DNA of 64,000 nt, taken from positions 4,003 through 68,002 of the IMG/VR virus record IMGVR_UViG_3300029288_000170; one strand, given 5' to 3'. Origin of the DNA: a virus. Its lineage: Duplodnaviria > Caudoviricetes. Below the pieces are notes generated by a model. That model saw nothing but the letters and a program-made list of their open reading frames with translations, did no database searches and was not told the origin of the DNA. The position numbers and the translations under genes are program-made. Shown here piece by piece: positions 59,737 through 64,000 of the stretch. Within the stretch, counting starts at the first letter, position 1. Every line of letters begins with the position of its first letter.

Positions 59737-60283
59737 TGTTTGTGAGTAAATAAGATGATTAAAGTATATATTATAGAGTATAAGAAAGGTAAAACGCCTT
59801 TAATAGAAGAAGTACGGGAGTTTAAAACAACTTTACAAGCTGAAATTTTTATAAATAAGTTTAATTTAGTATCTAAACTACGTGCGGCTAAAGCAAATGG
59901 AGTTAAGAAACCCTTGGAATGGGCGCTACTTGCCTCAAGAACTGTTGAAATTGGTGTCAAATCTGCACTTAATGTGTTTGTACCTGGGAGTGTTGAGTTA
60001 TGAAAGTAAGTGATATAGTTTGGTTGGAAGATATAGAAGCTACGTATGGAGATACTTTATATCTGGCAACAAATATACCGCAGGAAATGGGTAGAATAAC
60101 TGTGTTAAATAGAGTTACTGGTTATATTGGTTCACCTAGAGATACAGAAACTGGTTATAAAGAGTTTAATGGTAAGTTCTGGTTAGCGTCAGGGCAGTTT
60201 GATATAAGGCACTATCCTGATTTAACTATAGAAGATGCTATAGAATTAATTAAACAAAATGCAAATACTTGTAAAGGTGTGTA

Positions 60284-60607
60284 ATGAAACTCGATGAAAA
60301 GAAACTACTTGGTGATTTACAAAAATACATTCTACTTTCTATAGAACAAGGTTGTTTTACCGCTACACAGATTAAATCAAATATATTTACTAAAATTGGT
60401 AAAGAAGTTTCAGTTGGTGCTTTATATACTGTGTTAGATAGATTAAACCGTTTGGGTTATATAGATGTTAACTACAGTGCAACAAATTCTACTAGAGGTT
60501 ATAGGAAAGATGTTAAGGTGTATAGTGTTACGGTACTTGGTTTAGTTGTTTTACAGGAAAATATTATTGATTTATTAGAAATGATTGGAAAAGAAAATAA
60601 AGCTTGA
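60284..60607 (+). CDS. PadR-like transcriptional regulator
   Basis: VSVGALYTVLDRLNRLGYID...VKVYSVTVLG. Confidence 0.8.
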   Translation: MKLDEKKLLGDLQKYILLSIEQGCFTATQIKSNIFTKIGKEVSVGALYTVLDRLNRLGYIDVNYSATNSTRGYRKDVKVYSVTVLGLVVLQENIIDLLEMIGKENKA

Positions 60608-60631
60608 CAAGTTGTTCAATCGGCGTATAAT
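60604..60631 (+). promoter_or_regulatory. Consensus sigma70 promoter
   Basis: TTGACA-N16-TATAAT with GC-rich discriminator. Confidence 0.8.
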
Positions 60632-61041
60632 GCTCCGCATGGGGCATTAACACAAACCTCATTATTATCATTAATAATAATTATCTTTAAGAGACAAACA
60701 TGAATAGTCTAAAGAATAAAAAGAAAAGACCTAAATCTAACTGGATGAAACATTTTATCATTCTGCCAAAAACTAAAGAAGAAAGAGAAGCTAATCTAGT
60801 TGAACGTGCTAGAGTAGAAAGAGCTATAAACTACCATCATAAATTAATTAAACAAAGGGGTTAAGATGTTAGCAAATAAACATAGGAGTTGGTCTATAAA
60901 TGAACTAGCTAAACATTTGTTAGACAACCAAATTATAAATGGAGAAAATTCTAATAGAAAACATGCTTTCAAGATAGCCAAAAAGAATTTAAAACTAGTT
61001 AATAGATACTACAGAAATAACTATAAATTGGAGTTTTAGAT

Positions 61042-61632
61042 GTGGAACATAAAAATGCTTGGACAGTTCACGAAATAAAGATTCTAGAAAAATATTACCC
61101 TATAGAAACTAGCAAGGAAGTACTTAAAAGATTACCAAATAGAACTTTAGGTAGTATAAGGTATATGACTAAACAGTTAAACCTAAAGAAAATAGATAGC
61201 TGGTCAGATGAGGAAATTCAAATACTTACAGAAATTTATAAATCAACCTCTCTTAAATCTAACTTTGTTTCTATGATTAAAGAGAAATTACCTAATAGAA
61301 CTAGAGAATCTATAAAACGTAAAGCACTTAAACTAGGTATAACCCATAAAAACTATTCAGTAGAGGAAAAAGAAACTTTAAAGGAGTTTTATAATAAAGA
61401 AAGTCTGGAAGATTTGGTTAAAAGGTTTCCCAATAGAACTACAAAAGCTCTTCAGGATAGGGCAAGTAGAGAACAAATAACTAAACTAGGTTGGACAGAA
61501 GCAGACATTAATTTACTCAAAACAAACTACAAAACCAAATCATTAAAAGAACTAGCAAATGACTTTGGGAGAACGGTAGTGGCTATTTCTAAAAAAGCAC
61601 AACAACTAGGGTTAACAAAGAGATTGAAATGA
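61042..61632 (+). CDS. Protein of four tandem Myb/SANT-like repeats
   Basis: WTVHEIKILEKYY...PNRT, WSDEEIQILTEIY...PNRT, YSVEEKETLKEFY...PNRT, WTEADINLLKTNY...GRT. Confidence 0.75.
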   Translation: MEHKNAWTVHEIKILEKYYPIETSKEVLKRLPNRTLGSIRYMTKQLNLKKIDSWSDEEIQILTEIYKSTSLKSNFVSMIKEKLPNRTRESIKRKALKLGITHKNYSVEEKETLKEFYNKESLEDLVKRFPNRTTKALQDRASREQITKLGWTEADINLLKTNYKTKSLKELANDFGRTVVAISKKAQQLGLTKRLK

Positions 61633-62982
61633 AACAACTAGACAAACTACAACAACTAAAATCTTTGTACGATGAAATAACTGAAAGTCTTAAAACTTGT
61701 AACACTGACAAATATATGTTTTGTGTTATGTTACATTATAAGGAACTTGTTATAACTGGTTGGTTACGAGATAGAATTGAAACACAGTATAATTGTTCTT
61801 TTGTTATAGTAAACGGTAGGGTATACCCAAATGATGTTTTTGGCGTAGTAGCCTCAGATGTAAACGATATGGTGAACATAATAACCAACTGGTTAAATGG
61901 AGAAACAGAATGAACCATAGAGAAATTTTACAGGCTTTGTTGGATGGTGAAACAATAGTTGATACATCTAACCTATCAGTAACATTGGACAACACAAAAC
62001 TTGTCTACAATAAAGGACTTAGTACAGAAAGAATAGTTTGTAGTTTATCTTTTGTACACTTGTTTCAAATCAAATCCAAAACAATCAACATTAATGGTTT
62101 CGAAGTTCCTGCACCTGTTAGTAAACCTTTACAAGATGGTACTACCTTCTATTTACTAAACATAATATTTAACAACATACAAACCTATTCTTGGACAGGC
62201 CATGATTCAGATAAACTATGGCTAAATCTTGGGTTAATACATCTAACAAAAAAAGCAGCCGAACTGCACCAAAAAGCCCTATTAAGTTTTACTAAATTGG
62301 AAAATAAAGATGATAACTAGAGAAGAAGTGGATACAATTTTAGCTGAATTGCCTTGTAACTTAGAAGAGACAGTACAAAATTATATAAATCAACTAGAAA
62401 ATGAAATTTATCACCCCAAACAACCAAAAACAAAAACTGTTTATATTTATCATTACTATGCTAAAGCACAAGAGGGAGCAACTTTCGATGGTTTATATAC
62501 CTCAGATGAAAAGATTGATAACCCAAATGCAATACTTACACTAAAAAGATTGATTGTAAAAGAAGCTAATAAAGACGGGTTTAGTATAAAATACCCGGAA
62601 AACCTTGCTTTATGTTCTTTAACCTTCCTACATACTGTAGAAGAACCATGTTAAATCATATAATCATTTAAGGAGACAAACAATGAGTAGAGTAACTAAT
62701 ATTATTTTAACAACAACCGTTGTTGAAAATGAAGAACCTATCGAAGAAATAAACAAAATTCTACAGGCTAAAGGATATACAGGTTATTTAACCAAAGTAG
62801 ATCAATACGTTAACAGTACTAAATGTATGGAATGTGGGGTTTATATAGCTGCAATTAACAACATTGACCTTTCTGATTTTATGGAAATAGTTAGAAGTGT
62901 TGAATGGGGAGATGCAGATAATGTACAAGTGTATGTGAAAGAGCAGGAGGATGAAAGGTTTTACAAATATAATGTAGTTTAA
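61629..62982 (+). CDS. Hypothetical proteins (61629..61913, 61910..62320, 62310..62654, 62683..62982)
   Basis: ORF track; overlapping start/stop codons. Confidence 0.55.
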
Positions 62983-63027
62983 AAAAAAAAGAAAAGGGTT
63001 ATGGTATCTTTCACCCATAACCCTTTT
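62981..63027. terminator. Bidirectional terminator
   Basis: A10 tract, AAAAGGGTTATGG-N10-CCATAACCCTTTT between convergent genes. Confidence 0.85.
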
Positions 63028-63137
63028 GTCACTAACTAACCGATATGAAAATCACTAAATATCTTTCTTACTATCCTACCGCTAATATATAATGTTAATA
63101 GAATGGTTAGTTTTAGTTAGTTAGCTATCTTTAACCT

Positions 63138-63764
63138 TTAAATAGCTTCTGCTTCTTCCAAACGCAGTTTAGCCAGTTCCAAAGCAACTTTAGGATGGTT
63201 ACGCAGTTTGTTTTTGCCACCAGTAGTTAAAGTAGCAAAGTAAGCCTGAACTTCTTCAATAGTTCTTTGGTCGGCCAAGTCACTAAAATACTCAGGAGCG
63301 TCACCTTGAACAACTTTAGCCAGTGCATAAGCTTTTTCAAGATCACTTAAACCAACTTCTGCTTCTGCATGACCGCGAGTAGTAAATTCAGCTTTAGCAA
63401 TAGCATCCAGTTGTTTAGTTACTGCTGTAAACAAACCATCTACTTTAATAGGAGCCAAAGATGTTTTAATTTTAGCCAAAATACCATAAACAAATACTTG
63501 TTTCTGGAAAGCAGTAAAGGTTTCTACTGTCTGACCTTCAATGCCAAAAGCATTAAAAGAGATAGTTTCACCAGTAAAGAAGTCGAAAGTAACTAAACCA
63601 GTTTCATGATCTACATTAGTTAATAGGTTAGCACGTACACCAAAGTTCTTTACAGAGCCGTCTTGCATAGTTACTAAACGGTCTTTTTTAGCTTCAACTG
63701 GTGCAAGCACTTCTTCTACTGAACCCACTTCATTTGCATTAATTTCTTGTAATTCGTTTGACAT
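63138..63764 (-). CDS. Hypothetical 208-aa protein, solitary gene next to the right repeat copy
   Basis: GAGG RBS, high-expression codon usage, own promoter and terminator. Confidence 0.7.
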   Translation of the reverse strand: MSNELQEINANEVGSVEEVLAPVEAKKDRLVTMQDGSVKNFGVRANLLTNVDHETGLVTFDFFTGETISFNAFGIEGQTVETFTAFQKQVFVYGILAKIKTSLAPIKVDGLFTAVTKQLDAIAKAEFTTRGHAEAEVGLSDLEKAYALAKVVQGDAPEYFSDLADQRTIEEVQAYFATLTTGGKNKLRNHPKVALELAKLRLEEAEAI

Positions 63765-63825
63765 TTGTTTGTCCTCAAGGATTGTTGTTAATTGTTGTCC
63801 GGCTCTTTCTCAACCGTTGAAAGAG

Positions 63826-63854
63826 ATTATACAGATGTAAGCATTTACTTACAA
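63826..63854 (-). promoter_or_regulatory. sigma70 promoter for the 208-aa gene
   Basis: TTGTAA-N17-TATAAT with extended -10 TG. Confidence 0.65.
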
Positions 63855-63908
63855 GTTTTATTTTAACTATTTTATAAATTATTTTAGTTATAAAAGCTAA
63901 CCGGAATT

Positions 63909-64000
63909 CTGGCGACCCAAACACTAACATATATAAATTTCGGCGACCCAATTTTACTAAAGTATCTAACAACCTCCTTCCTTTGGCGACCTACATCCAC
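63909..64000 (-). repeat. 92-bp element, copy 2 (may extend past window edge)
   Basis: Exact reverse complement of 35540-35631; match reaches the last base of the window. Confidence 0.95.

Noticed and set aside
1-64000. Stop-codon reassignment
   Set aside because: TAA, TGA (e.g. 4133) and TAG (e.g. 38789) all end genes at tight junctions and core genes are intact in the standard code.
1-64000. tRNA genes, introns/inteins, DGR, integrase or repressor switch
   Set aside because: No cloverleaf/T-loop motifs, no interrupted core genes, no reverse transcriptase or recombinase recognised by eye; tRNAscan/Infernal were not run, so absence is provisional.

Overview
The window is a large part of one AT-rich tailed dsDNA phage genome (siphovirus with a lambda/Chi-type head module); no cellular genes, integrase, tRNA or CRISPR array were seen. 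Layout: (i) 1-4.5 kb, a leftward operon of a holin plus several virion-like/beta-helix proteins, divergent from the terminase; (ii) 4.6-29.9 kb, rightward morphogenesis genes: TerS, GpA-type TerL, gpW, lambda portal, protease-scaffold, decoration protein, gpE capsid, neck, tail tube, frameshifted tail chaperones, 2260-aa tape measure, tailspike and tail tip, with an Acb2 (anti-CBASS) homolog inserted in the tail operon; (iii) 30.0-30.7 kb, a non-coding junction with 21-bp-period repeats and a GC island resembling lambda cosN; (iv) 30.7-35.1 kb, small leftward early-type genes; (v) 35.1-36.0 kb, a control hub with stacked sigma70 promoters, a consensus sigma54 promoter, a Fur-like palindrome and a 92-bp element repeated perfectly, inverted, at the right edge (63909-64000); (vi) 36-53.9 kb, leftward DNA metabolism genes (NrdJb-like, DEDD exonuclease, ATP ligase, minimal nucleotidyltransferase, dUTPase, UDG-fused PolA, SSB, AAA ATPase, Cas4-like nuclease, Dda-like helicase); (vii) 54.2-63 kb, rightward accessory genes (UvrD-like helicase, RepL-like, lipoprotein, SleB-like hydrolase, PadR, tandem Myb-like repeat protein). 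A proteobacterial host is inferred (sigma54/Fur motifs, NrdJb, lipoboxes). All protein calls are by-eye motif recognition; no searches were run.
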